DNA of 61,463 bases, the filler included, from Squatina squatina (lineage: Eukaryota): assembly GCA_031763465.1 (NCBI GenBank). It is 4 parts of 4 records of this genome, joined end to end, with 100 filler letters (N's around TTAATTAATTAA, not from the genome) between each part and the next. Parts side by side here need not be neighbours in the genome. Positions count along the whole stretch, not along the records: positions 17,953 to 30,992 come from JARFOE010000149.1; positions 31,093 to 48,491 come from JARFOE010386075.1; 2 more parts are not named here. The stretch is one strand, 5' to 3'. The notes beneath the pieces were generated by a model, which saw only the letters and a list, made by a program, of their open reading frames with translations, made no database searches and had not been told where the DNA came from. Below, piece by piece: positions 25,772 through 37,690 of this stretch. Within the stretch, counting starts at the first letter, position 1, and every line of letters starts with the position of its first letter. The position numbers and the translations under genes are program-made.

Positions 25772-25958
25772 GACTTGCATTCCTATGGCTCCTTTCACGA
25801 CCTCAGGACGTCCCACAGCACTTTACAGCCAATGAAGTACTTTTTGAAGTGTAGTCACTTTTGTAATGTAGAAAACACGGCAACCAATTTGCGCACAGCA
25901 AGCGATAATAACCAGATAATCTGTTTTAGTGATATTGATTGAGGGATAAATATTGGCC
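25772..25958 (-). mobile_element. Deu-domain SINE (SacSINE1-like) 3' part
   Basis: gacttgcattc...cctcaggacgtcccacagcactttacagccaatgaagtactttttgaagtgtagtc...gagggataaatattggcc. Confidence 0.75.
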
Positions 25959-26058
25959 NNNNNNNNNNNNNNNNNNNNNNNNNNNNNNNNNNNNNNNNNN
26001 NNNNNNNNNNNNNNNNNNNNNNNNNNNNNNNNNNNNNNNNNNNNNNNNNNNNNNNNNN

Positions 26059-27753
26059 CGCTTTTCTCTCTTGCTCCTGTTCCCTCTTTGGCTCCTGCTC
26101 TCTCTCTTGTTCTCTCTCACTCCTGTTTTCCCTCTTGCTCCTGTTCTCTCTCTCACTCCTGTTCTCTCTCACTCGCTCCTGTTCTCCCTCTCGCTCCTGT
26201 TCTCTCTCTATCACTCCTGTTCTCTCTCTGTCGCTCCTGTTTTCTCTCTCTCACTCCTGTTCTCCCTCTCGCTCCTGCTTTCTCTCTCTCCTGTTCTCTC
26301 CCTCGCTCCTGTTTTCTCTCTTGCTCCTGCTCACCCTCTCTCCTGTTCTCTCTTAATAGCTCCAGTTCTCTCTCTCTTGCTCCTGTTCTCTCTCGCACCC
26401 CATTCCCTCTGTTGCCTCTGTTCGATCTCTCACTCCTCTTCTCTCTCTCGCCCCTCTTCTCTCTCTTGCTCCCGTTCTGCCTCTTGTTCTGGTTTTCACT
26501 CTCGTTCCACTTCTCACTCATGCTCCTGTTCTCTCTCTGTCGCTCCTGTTATCTCTCTTGCTCCTGTTCTCTCTCACGCCCATGCTGCCTCACTCGCCGC
26601 TGTTCTCTCACTCCTTCCTGTTCCCTCTCGCTCCTGGTCTCGCTCTCACTCCTGTTCTCACTTGTTCCTGAACCTGTTCTCGCTCCTCTTCTCTCTCTCA
26701 GCCCAATTCTGTCTCACCCCTGTGCTCTCTCTCTCGCTCCTGTTTTCTCTCTCGTCCCAATGCTCTCTCACCCCTGTTCCCTCTCTTGCTCCTGTACCCC
26801 TTCTCGCTGCTGTTCTTTCTCTCGCTCCTGTTCTCTCTCACTCCTCTTCCCTCTCGCCCCTGGTCTCACTCTCTCTACTCTTCTCGCTCTTGCCTCTGTT
26901 CGCTCGCTCACCCCCATTCACTCACTCACTCCTGTTCTCTCTCTCGCTCATGTTCTCTCTCTCTCGCTCCTGTTCTCTCTCTCGCCCCTTATACCTCTCG
27001 CTCCTGTTCTCTCTCTCATTCCTGCACTAACTCTCTAGCCCCAGTTCTCTATCTCACTCCTGTTATCTCTTTCGCTCCTGTTCTCTCTCTCTCGCCCTTC
27101 TCCCTCTCGCGCCCCGGTTCGCTCCCTCTCTCTCCCCTCTTCTCTCCCTCGATCCTGTTTCCTCTTGTTCCTGTTCTCTCTCTCGCTCCTGTTCTTACTC
27201 TCACTCCTGCTCCGGCTCTTGCTCATTTTCGTTCTCTTGGCCCTGTTCTCTCTCGCTCCTGTTCTCACTCTCGCTCCTGTTCCCTCGCTTGCTCATTTTT
27301 GCTCTCGCAACTCTGTTCTCTCTCGCTGCTGTTCTGTGTCTCGCCGCTGCACCATTTTCACTCCTGTTCTTGGTCTCGCTCCTTTTCACTCTTTCACTCA
27401 TTTTCGCTCTCTCGGCCCTGTTCTCTCTCGCTCCTGTACTTTCTCTGTCTCACTCCGGTTCTCTCTCTCGCTCCTGTAACCTTTCTCGCTCCTGTTCTCT
27501 CTCTCAGCCCTGTTCTTTGTCTGTCTCACTCCTGTTCTCTCTCTCGCTCCTGTTATCTCTGTCGTTCCTGTTCCCTTTCTCACTCATTTTCGCTCTCTTA
27601 ACCTGTTCTCTCTTGCTCCTGCTCTCTGTCTCGCTCCTGTTCTCTATCTTGCTCCTGTTTCCATTCTCGATCCTGGTCTCTCTCTCAGCCCTGTTCTCTC
27701 TCACCCCTGTTCTCTCTCTCGCTTCTGTTCTGTCTCTCGCTCCTGTTCACTCT
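26059..27753. repeat. CT-rich degenerate tandem repeat, unit approximately (ctcgctcctgttctctct)n
   Basis: 1.7 kb of a pyrimidine-rich ~16-20-bp unit. It produces spurious L/S/P-rich and R/E-rich ORFs. Confidence 0.9.
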
Positions 27754-27853
27754 NNNNNNNNNNNNNNNNNNNNNNNNNNNNNNNNNNNNNNNNNNNNNNN
27801 NNNNNNNNNNNNNNNNNNNNNNNNNNNNNNNNNNNNNNNNNNNNNNNNNNNNN

Positions 27854-27968
27854 TGCGGCGCTCCCTCAGTACTGCACTGATTTTTGTGCTCGAGTCTCTG
27901 GAGTGCGATTTGAACCCACAACCTTCTGACTCAGAGGCGAGAGTGCTGCCCACTCAACCACAGCTGTC
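27854..27968 (-). mobile_element. Deu-domain SINE tRNA-derived 5' head
   Basis: Reverse complement: ggttgagtgggcagcactctcgcctctgagtcagaaggttgtgggttcaaatc (B-box GTTCAAATC)...cagtgcagtactgagggagcgccgca. Confidence 0.75.
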
Positions 27969-28080
27969 ACTTGTTCACTGAATGAAAACCCAAAAACTGG
28001 AGGGGGGGGGGGTGGGGGGAAGGGTTGCGGGAGTGAGGAACGGAAGCGGAGGATGAGAACAGACAAACAAAGTGACTTGC

Positions 28081-28163
28081 CTGGTGAGAGTAACTTGCGG
28101 CAGCAATCTGAAAACCCGTAAAGCACAGCCAGGTGCAGAGGAAACATACCGTAGATTCCACGT
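28081..28163 (-). CDS. ANKRD52: ANKRD52 (PP6 ankyrin-repeat subunit C) coding exon, 83 nt, with GC donor
   Basis: ctttcag acceptor, peptide (R)[27 protein letters not shown](G), donor CAG|GCAAGT. It is in phase with the exon at 28964-29078 and matches the recalled ANKRD52 sequence [28 protein letters not shown]. Confidence 0.88.
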
Positions 28164-28716
28164 CTGAAAGCAGAACAGAAAGACTCGCATTGACACAGTG
28201 CTTTATCCTTCAGTCGTGCATGCTTTCTGCGTGGGACTGCAGCGACTGAATCATAGAACCACAAAGCACAGGAGGCGGCCGCTCGGCCCATAGGGCTGGA
28301 CTGCTCTCGTGTCTGGCAAACATAGCAGTTATTTTGCACCTACAACCTACCAGCTTCAGCGCTCCTGGGTTAGGGTTAGGGTTAAGTCAACTCCCGTCCA
28401 TTCAGCTCCTTCAAACAAGGAAAACTTCCCGAGGCGCGCCACAGGAGCGATTATCAAACAGGATTTGNNNNNNNNNNNNNNNNNNNNNNNNNNNNNNNNN
28501 NNNNNNNNNNNNNNNNNNNNNNNNNNNNNNNNNNNNNNNNNNNNNNNNNNNNNNNNNNNNNNNNNNNNNNNNNNNNNNNNNNNNNNNNNNNNNNNNNNNN
28601 NNNNNNNNNNNNNNNNNNNNNNNNNNNNNNNNNNNNNNNNNNNNNNNNNNNNNNNNNNNNNNNNNNNNNNNNNNNNNNNNNNNNNNNNNNNNNNNNNNNN
28701 NNNNNNNNNNNNNNNN

Positions 28717-28835
28717 CACGGACTGCAGCGGTTCAAGAAGGCAGCTCATCACCACCTTCTCAAGGGCAACTAGGGATGGGCAATAAATGCTGGGCCTTGG
28801 CAGAGACTCCCACATCCCAGGAACGAAAAAAAAAC
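28717..28835 (+). mobile_element. Non-LTR retrotransposon 3' end
   Basis: Encodes GLQRFKKAAHHHLLKGN*, followed by a short UTR and an A-tract. Same family as 19840-20166. Confidence 0.75.
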
Positions 28836-28963
28836 CATGGGTACAGATGGATAAAGAGTTAACCGATACCCACATGTACAGATGTTTGAAGGGATAACAG
28901 GCACAGCTGGATAAAGTGATCACAGACAGATGGACAAAGTAAGGGAGTGTCAGCGGTACTTAC

Positions 28964-29078
28964 CGTGCTGTGTCAGCACCGTTTGTCATTAAGGTACTAA
29001 TGAGCAGTTCATGACCATATCTAGCAGCAACATGTAGAGGGGTATTGCCATATTTATCTGCACAGTCTATCTCTCCAC
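28964..29078 (-). CDS. ANKRD52: ANKRD52 coding exon, 115 nt, ankyrin repeat
   Basis: gttcgcag acceptor, peptide (G)[37 protein letters not shown](R), GTAAGT donor. [13 protein letters not shown] favours ANKRD52 over ANKRD28 or ANKRD44 (from recall). Confidence 0.9.
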
Positions 29079-29652
29079 CTGCGAACAGACAACGATCCAT
29101 TACTACTGAAAGGTAACAGGCTGCTTTACCCATTAAGTGCGCGATGTGACAGGAATGCTCGTTCTGACAGCAAGTGGGCAACAATCGAGGTGCAAAGGGG
29201 CTGAGCCCTGCCCACAGATCCCTGCCCAACCCTTGGTGTCCAGCACCAAGCTCGACAACATTTGCCACACTGGGCTTCTCGAATGTGGATAAATCATGCA
29301 GGGAAAATTGCACCAAATCAATTTTGGTGCGAGTCTCTCTTACATGAGCGAGTGCGGTCCCAGAACTACGGGCAACGTGTCATGCTTGGCCAACTGATCT
29401 CGATGGGTCAGAGGTAACCTCAGCATCTGAGCCACACCGACTCAGAGGGCACCAGGTTCAATTCCCCGGGGCTGGGTCAGCTCCCTCGGTGCCTCTGGAT
29501 TCGGGAAGGGAAAAATCAACTTGGGTTCTCACCCTTGTACCTTGTAACTGCTNNNNNNNNNNNNNNNNNNNNNNNNNNNNNNNNNNNNNNNNNNNNNNNN
29601 NNNNNNNNNNNNNNNNNNNNNNNNNNNNNNNNNNNNNNNNNNNNNNNNNNNN

Positions 29653-30306
29653 TGGCATGTTGGCATTCATAGCACGAGGATTTGAGAATAGGAGCAGGGA
29701 AGTCCTACTGCAGTTGTACTGGGCCTTGGTGAGGCCACACCTGGAGTATTGTGTGCAGTTTCGGTCTCCTAATCTGAGGAAGGACTTTCTTGCTATTGAG
29801 GGAGTGCAGCGAAGGTTCACCAGGTTGATTCCCGGGATGGCAGGACTGATATATGAAGAAAGAATGGATCGTCTAGGCTTATATTCACTGGAATTTAGAA
29901 GAATGAGAGGGGATCTTGTAGAAACATGTAAAATTCTGAAGGGATTGGACAGGCGAGATTCGGGAAGAATCTTCCCGGTGTTGGGAAAGTCCAGAACTAG
30001 GGGTCACAGTTTAAGGATTAGGGGTAAGCCATTTAGGACCAAGATGAGGGAAAACTTGTTCACCCAGAGAGTGGTGAACCTGTAGAACTCTCTCCCACAG
30101 GAAGCTGTTGAGGACAGTTCATTTGCTATATTCAAAGGGAGTTCGATGTGGCCCTTACAGCTAAAGGGATCAGGGGTTATGGAGAGAAAGCAGGTATGGG
30201 GGACTGAGTTGCATGATCAGCCTTGATCATATTGAATGGTGGTGCAGGCTCGAAGGGCCGAATGGCCTACGCCTGCACCTATTTTCTATGTTTCTATGTT
30301 TCTATC
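29653..30306 (+). mobile_element. CR1 LINE 3' end, relatively intact
   Basis: Open frame GMLAFIARGFE...LVRPHLEYCVQF...RTRGHSLRIRG...FTQRVVNL, then a 3' UTR and a (tttctatg)n tail. Confidence 0.92.
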
Positions 30307-30406
30307 NNNNNNNNNNNNNNNNNNNNNNNNNNNNNNNNNNNNNNNNNNNNNNNNNNNNNNNNNNNNNNNNNNNNNNNNNNNNNNNNNNNNNNNNNNNNNN
30401 NNNNNN

Positions 30407-30992
30407 ACAACAACACCACCAAAACCGACAACACCACCAACCACAAAAACACCATCAACATCAACACCATCAACATCACCACCAACAACACTAACACCAA
30501 CAACACCAACAACAACACCAACAATACCAACAACAACACCAACACCAACAATACCACAAACAACAACACCAAAAAACCACCAACAACACCAACAACACCA
30601 ACAACACCAACACCAACAACAGCAAAACCAACAACACTAACACCAACACCAGCAATACCACCAACACCAACACCAATACCACCAACACCACCAAAAACAA
30701 CAGCAACAGCACCACCAACAAACACCACCACCAACACCACCACCAACACCACCAACACCAACACCAACAAACACCACCAACACCACCAACACCAACAACA
30801 ACAACACCAACAGCGCCATCAACAAACACCACCACCAACACCAACAGCACCGACACCAACAACACCATCAACGCCAACAACAACAACAGCAACAATACCA
30901 CCAATACCAACAACAGCAAGAACACCAACAGCAACAACACCAACAACACCAACAGCACCATCAACAAACACCACCACCAACACCAACACCAA
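30407..30992. repeat. (CAA/CAC)n low-complexity trinucleotide repeat
   Basis: Composed almost entirely of C and A. It produces spurious T/N/P- and V/L-rich ORFs. Confidence 0.92.
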
Positions 30993-31092
30993 NNNNNNNN
31001 NNNNNNNNNNNNNNNNNNNNNNNNNNNNNNNNNNNNTTAATTAATTAANNNNNNNNNNNNNNNNNNNNNNNNNNNNNNNNNNNNNNNNNNNN
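30993..31092. other. Artificial scaffold linker (44N-TTAATTAATTAA-44N)
   Basis: Same structure as 17853-17952. Confidence 0.95.
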
Positions 31093-31916
31093 ATATTGAA
31101 TGGCGGTGCAGGCTCGAAGGGCCTAATGGCCTACTCCTGCACCTATTTTCTATGTTTCTATGTTTCTATATTTCTCCCTCGCTCTCTCTCACACACACTC
31201 ACTCTCTTACCTGGCCTGTCTCAACTCATACTCACTTCGTTCTAACTCTCTCTCTTTTCCTCACTCATGCTTTCACTCACTATCTCTCTCCTGCCCTGCC
31301 TCAGCTCAAACCCTCTCTGGCTATCTTTCACTATCTTGCCTGGTCTGCTGGTCTTCTCTCGTCATCACGCTCTCTCTGTCCCTCACATTTCCTGCTTGAC
31401 CTGGCTCGCTCTCTCCTAATGACTCTCCCGACTGGCCGGACTATCCTGTCTCTTTCTCTTGCTCCCTCTCCCTGCCTCGCCTCTTTCTTTGCCTCTCGCG
31501 TGGACTGCGTGGAATAAGGAAAACACAGGGAAATTAAGCAAATATGTGTATTCTTCCGGGAAGAAGACACAAAAAAACCTTCTAGAAATACTAGAGAACC
31601 AAGCTTCTCGTGAGGATGAGCAACAGAATGAAATTTGAATCAGTCAATAACTAGTACTGGAGAATCCCAAGGACCTGATCATCTACATCCCAGGGTGTTG
31701 AAAGAGGTGGCTATGGAGACAGTGGATGCATTGGTTGTCATCTTGCAAAATTCTGAAGTTTCTTTCACAGTTCCAGCAGATTAGAGGGTAGCAACTGGAC
31801 CACTATTTAAGAACGGAGGGAGAGAGAGAACAGTGAACTACAGACCTAATAGCCTGACATCAGCAGTGGGGAAAATGCTCAAATCTATTACAAAGGATGT
31901 GATAACCGGACACACA

Positions 31917-32750
31917 TGGCGGCCACTTCGTGGTAAAATTTCAGGCGTGAATGTGGCGCAAAACTGGCATTAAGCCACATTTGGCGCTAAAATGTAGGCA
32001 CAAAAATTGGGTCCCGTTTGCACTGGCACAAAACGGGCGCAGCGCCCATAATGCTCGCGACGTTGGTGTTACATTAAACGCGGTGCTGTGATGTCATCAT
32101 TGTGCGTGACGTCCAGAATTGCACAGTGTCAGTGCGCACTAAATCGAGCGGTGACAACGCCTGCTTTTTTCAGCGGGGACACGGGCCTCAGCTCATATAA
32201 TCTGGGAAATAGAGTCCGTACGTGGCTGGGCTGGGCTGGGCACCTCACAGCAGCAACAGTTACACCCGGCAGTGAACACGGCCTGAAAGACTTTTGTGCA
32301 GAGAGCTGAGAGGCTCTGAACAGGGAACGGTGAGCAGGGTCTGAGAGACCTTGTGCAGTGATCTGAGGGACTGTGTGCTGTTATGTTTCTGCTGTGACCA
32401 GACTCAACGGAACACTCAGGAAGGCTATAGGTGAGAGATATGCATCTGAAAGCTATTAACTGGCCTATAAAGAAGTTAGAAGCACTGAAGTCAATGACCT
32501 CTTCAGTGGCCTGTCAGGCTGCAAGCAAACTCTGGAATTCAGGTTGGAAGCAAACTGTGGAATTTGTTTCTGCACCACGAATAGGTCAGTTCACTCTGGG
32601 CCCTTTACCACTAAAGTTTGCAAGTGTTTGAATGCTCAAATTGTAAAGTGACTAATTGGGGACGTCACTGAAAATTTTCAAAGAGTCCAATTTGCAGCGC
32701 TTAATTCCGCACTTAGCAGGAGAAACATTAAAAATCCGAATTGTCCACCG
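31917..32750. mobile_element. Non-autonomous TIR element (Harbinger-like) inserted in CR1
   Basis: It interrupts the CR1 sequence ggacac|ttagaaaataataatatgat, which is uninterrupted at about 39497. Imperfect TIRs: tggcggccacttcg versus reverse complement cggtggacaattcg. The interior is CpG-rich. Confidence 0.65.
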
Positions 32751-33309
32751 TTAGAAAATAATAATATGATTGGGCAGAGTCAAAATGAATTTATGAAATG
32801 GAAATCATGTTTTATAATCCTATTGGAGTTCTTTGAGGATGTAACCAGTGGAATAGATCGTGGACGTGGTGCATATGGATTTTCAGAAAGGTTTTTATCA
32901 GGTCCGACTCAGGAGGTTAATGAACCCAGTTAGCGCACATGGAATTGGAGGTATTATACTGGCATCGGGTGAGACTTGGTTCACAGACAGTGCAAAGATT
33001 GTCGGAATAAACTGTTCTTTTTCAGGGTGGCAGGTGGTGACAAGTGGGGTACCAAAGCGATCGGTGCTTGGGCCCCAGCTATTCACAGCCTGTGTCAATG
33101 AATTGGATGTGGGGAGCAAATGTTTAATTTCCACGTTAGCTGATGACAAAACTTGGTGGGGATGTGAGATGTGAGGAAGAGCAAAAAATGTTTCAAGGGG
33201 ATATGGACAGGCCAGAGCGTGCAAGTAGATGGCAAATGGAATATAATGTGGGAACATGAGAAGTTATCCACATTGGTAGAAGAAACAGAAATGCAGATTA
33301 CTTCTTACA

Positions 33310-33480
33310 TAAAAACATAGAAAATAGGTGCAGGAGTCGGCCATTCAGCCCTTCGAGCCTGCACCGCCATGCAATATGATCATGGCTGATCATGCAACGC
33401 AGTACCCCGTACCTGCTTTCTCTCCATACACCCTGATCCCTTTAGCCGTAAGGGCCACATCAAACTCCCTTTTGAATATA
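33310..33480 (-). mobile_element. Inverted CR1 3'-end insertion within CR1
   Basis: aaacatagaaaataggtgcaggagtcggcc...aagggccacatcaaactccc is the reverse complement of the younger CR1 tail at 30135-30306. Confidence 0.8.
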
Positions 33481-34441
33481 GGTAATGAAATAGTATGCTG
33501 AGGGATTGGGAAATGTTGATGTTTAAAGGGACCTGGGTGCCCTTGTACATGAGTCACTTAAAGCTGACATGCAGGTGCAGCAAGCAATTGGGAAGGCAAC
33601 TGGTATGTTGGACGTTATTGCAAGAGGATTTGAGTACAGGAGAAATGATAGCGTGCTTCAATTGCACAGCACCTTGGTGAGACCGCACCTGGATTATTGT
33701 GTACAGTTTTGTTCTCCTTACCTGAGGAAGGTTATACTTGCCATGGACGGAGTACAAGAAAGCTTCACCAGACTGATTCCAGATATGGTGGAATTGTCTT
33801 ATGAGGAGTGGTTGAGTGGACTAGGCACATATTCCCCAGAGTTTAGGAAAATGAGAGGTGATCTCATTGAAAGTATAAAATTTTTACAGGGCTCGAAAGA
33901 CAGGAAGGATGTTTCCCCTTTCTCGGAAGTATTTAACCAGGGGTCACAGTCTCTGAATAAGGGGTCGGCCATTTAGGACTAAGATGAGGAGAACTTCTTC
34001 ACTCAGAGGGTGGTGAATCTTAGAGTCCTCTATCCCAGAGCGTTTTGGACGCTCAGTCATTGAGTACATTCAAAACAGAGATTAATGAATTTCTAGATAT
34101 TAATGATATAAAGGGATATGCGGATAGTGCAAGAAAATGGTGCTGAGTTAGAACATCAGCCAAGATCTTGTTGAATGGTGGAGCAGGCTCGAGAGGCCGA
34201 ATAGCCGACTCCTGCTACTATTTCAGATGTTGTCTCTCTCTGTCTCCTTCGCTGGCCTGGCCTTCCTTACATCTCTCCCTCTCTCACACACATTCACCCT
34301 CTCGCCTTGCCTGCGTAAACCCCCTCTCTTTGTATCACACACTCTGACGCTTGGCTTGCCTGAATTCTCCCTCCCACACACACACACCAACCATCTCACC
34401 TGGTCTGCCTCACCTGTCTCTCTCGCTCTCTCTCACTCTCA

Positions 34442-34472
<31 letters not shown>

Positions 34473-34620
34473 TCGTGCTCTCGCCGAGCATTCCTGAAAC
34501 ATGTCTCTCTCTCTTTCTCTCTGACACAGACATTCTCTCGCTTGCCTCGTCTTCCTAACCTTTCTCCTTCTCTCTCTCGCACGCACAATCACTCTCTCAC
34601 CTGGCCTGCCTCACCACTAT

Positions 34621-34657
<37 letters not shown>

Positions 34658-36179
34658 ACGAAATCGCTATTGACTATTATTAACGTATCTGCTTCCACTG
34701 GCCGTCGATGCAGTGCATCCCAGACCATAATGTAACTCCATTCCCCACAATAACTCTCGCACTGTTTCCCACCTTCTTGGGATGGAAATACACTGATCAA
34801 TAAGGATCTCTTGTTATCATTTCAGGAATATCTCCGCTACCCCCACTTAGTATTTATATTGTTATTTTCCTGGCGTGTATCAGGATAATTGAAGCTCCTC
34901 ACGATCATGAATACAAGGCTCTTGCAAGTGCTTGAACTTTTCCAGCGAACTTGCTGCTCTCCACCCTTCTCACTATTCGGTGGCCTACAATGTACACCCA
35001 ACAGTGTATTATCTCCCTTACTGTTCCGTAAACCTCACCAAATCGACTATATCTTTGTACGCTCAAGTATAACTTCTTTCATTGATTGATATTGTCACAC
35101 CACCATTCGTCAGTTCCTGAGCACATTAAAGCCTGGAGTGCTAATTGTCCACAGTGTTTCAGCCAAGCCTTCGTTTCTGCCAGTGAATCATAATTCCATG
35201 TGGCTACTTCTGCGTACAAATCAGGAGGGTTCTGGACACAGTAGATATAGAGTAACTGTTCCCATTGACGAACGAGAGGACGCAGAATTAACTGAATTGG
35301 CTAAAGGTCCAACGGCAATGGAAAGGGCGGGGTAGTGGGACTTGCTGAAAACGGGAAAGGGCCCGACGGGCCGAATGGCCTCCTTCCCTGCTGTAACAGT
35401 TCCATTATTCTACGAATTCACCAACATTAATCATTAGACTCCAGGCATTTAAACACAAGCACTCTGAACCATTCTTACTCTCCATCGCATTTCCACTGTC
35501 CGAGTCCAGTTCTGAGCTACTCTTTGATCGATTGCTGATGTCTCTCCCAGTCGTCTGACCAACTTGTATCTGCTCTCCAATGCTTCGGCCTGGTGCCTCT
35601 CCTCCTGACAGCTTAGGTTACACCCTCTCGCACAAAACCCGCTGAGCTGCCCATGAGGACATTGGATCCAGCACTGTTGAGGTGCAACCTGTTCGTCTTA
35701 TACAGGTCCTTCCTGCCACAGAAATATAAATACTGACCAATTCCCTGGACGTATTAGATGGCACCCCAGGTTTTTAAAGGGATTAAGGAGGAAAATTGCA
35801 GCTGCTTTTGCCAAAATCTTCCAAAGCTCGGTTAATTCAGGAATTCTCCCTTTTGAATGCCCATGGGCGCATTTCATGTGAACTTCCGAAAACTTTCAAT
35901 GAGGTTCCTGGAAGAGACTTTGGGTTAACATTACTGCTCAAGTAATTGAAGTCAAATTATGGGCCGAGTTCGGAGATTGGAGAGATGGTGGATGGCAGAG
36001 AGCAGGGGGAACTCGTGATGTACATAGATTGGAGGGAATTGAATAGTGGAGTCCAATCCTTTCGGTGCGGGACCCATAAATGTTCACTATATTTATTATT
36101 GACTTAGATAAAACAATGCAGATACATGGATCTAAGTTATGTGTGCACAGGCAACAGAGTTTTGAACAATCTCAATTTT

Positions 36180-36760
36180 ACGGAGGGTTGAATTGAGGAG
36201 GCCGGCAGGAGTGTATTGATATGGTCAAGCTGAGACGTTTCGAAGGCATGGATCTCGATTTCAGCCAAAGATACGTTGAGTAAGAGCGGACATTTTATGA
36301 TGGTGGAAATGGATGATCTTACTGACCAATCGCATATGAGATCGGAAGCTCAATTCATGATCAAAGATTCCACCAATTTGCGAAATAAATTGGGCAGCCT
36401 GAGATATTTGCTGGGTAGATTGCTTGAATCTATGCAAAGGGAACAGAGTTCATGGCGTGAACCGAAGACAGTGGCAACGGTCTTTGAAATATTTAATCGG
36501 AGGGGATTTCAACTCACCCGGTGCTGGATGGTGGAAAAGCAGACTGATAGTTCAGAGATGATGGAGGGTTTGAGAGAGGTGGGGAAGAGGTAGATTAAGT
36601 TACCATCAGTGAAAATTTATAAACTCATGTAGTGTTGCCGGAAGATGTCACAGAAGGGAAGGAAGTAGATTAGAAATAGGAGGGGGCAAAGGTCGATTCT
36701 TGGGGGACACAAGAGAGGACAGTGTGGGATCGGGCCGAGAAGCCATTGTAGGTAATTGTT
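36180..36760 (-). mobile_element. Degenerate L2-type LINE RT fragment
   Basis: The paralogous copy at 42540-43070 reads SFHMYADGT on the minus strand (YADD-like), and this copy is colinear with it. Confidence 0.5.
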
Positions 36761-36774
36761 TGGCAATGAACCTT

Positions 36775-37690
36775 TGTGGTACAGAGCCCCACAGACACGG
36801 CAGGAAGATCTTACGATCTATGCCTGGGCTGTACCCAATGAGTTTCGCTCTCTCATATGGTGTGGTACTGAGCCAAACACGAGGAGCAGGGAGATGCTCG
36901 GCTCTGTGCCCGTTGAGCTGCTCTCCACAACACACAGAGCAGGAGGATGTTAAGCTCCCTGCCCAGCGTCTGACCATCGATCTGCCCTCTCTCACCTGAT
37001 GTGGTACTGATCCCCACACACAGAGTAGCAAGACACCGGTTGCTTGCACTGGCTGTGCCCAATGAGCTGCCACCCATCAAGTGGAAGGTGCCAGCCTCCA
37101 TGCCCGGTCTCTGTCGAGTGTGCTGCCCTCTCTCGCCCAGTGTGTTTCTGAGCACCACATGCAGATTACGAAGATACTGGCTGCATCGCCCACCATCTGC
37201 CCTTTTCACCCGGTGTGCGACTGAGCTCCACATAGAGCAGGAAGATTCCAACCTCCATGCTTGGCCTCTGTCCAGCGTGCTGTCCTCTCTCGCCCGGTGT
37301 GGTACTGTGCCCCACATACAGAGCAGGAATCTTCCAGACTCCATGCCCCTATTGGTCCATAAAGCTGCCCTTCTTCATCCAGTGTGGGACTGAGTGCTAC
37401 ACTGAAGAGGAAGATCCCAGGCACCATGCATGGCCTGTGCCAAGTGAGCTGCCCTCTCTCACGCCGTGTGGTAATGAGCCCCACACAACAGAGTGCAGGA
37501 AGATCCCAGGCTCACTATCCAGCCAGTGCCCAGTGAGCTTCCCTGTCTCACCTGGCGTGGTACTGAACACCACACTGAGCAGGAAGATCCCAGGCTCCTT
37601 GCCAAGACGCTGACCTGTGAACTGTCCTCGCTCAGCCAGCGTGGTCCTCAGCCCCAAACAGAGAAGGACAATACCAGGCACTGTCTGGAA
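36775..37690 (+). repeat. ~80-bp degenerate satellite
   Basis: About 11 units of approximately tgtggtactgagccccacacagagcaggaagatcccaggctccatgcccggcctgtgcccagtgagctgccctctctcacccgg. Two more units lie at 43090-43250. Confidence 0.85.

Larger units (their letters stand above)
31505..34226 (+). mobile_element. 5'-truncated degenerate CR1 LINE (RT region to 3' end) with two insertions
   Basis: Remnants of GPDxLHPRVLKE, DVVHMDFQK, VTSGVPKRSVLGPQLF, LADDKT and LVRPHLDYCVQF, plus the 3' UTR. Confidence 0.85.
31172..37690 (+). repeat. Composite duplicated unit, copy A
   Basis: Order: CT-rich tract, CR1 RT, CT-rich tract, inverted CR1 fragments, inverted L2, ~80-bp satellite. The same order and junctions recur at 38636-43250. 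Confidence 0.75.

Noticed and set aside
25939-27981. Longest ORFs in the track (230-363 aa, L/S/P-rich)
   Set aside because: They are open in several frames because the CT-rich repeat lacks stop codons, and several run through N gaps.
28367-28384. Telomere-like GGGTTAGGGTTAGGGTTA
   Set aside because: Only three units inside an intron, too short to call an interstitial telomere.
30213-31044. Mucin-like T/P/N-rich ORF
   Set aside because: It is a translation of a (CAA/CAC)n repeat joined across a gap to a CR1 tail.
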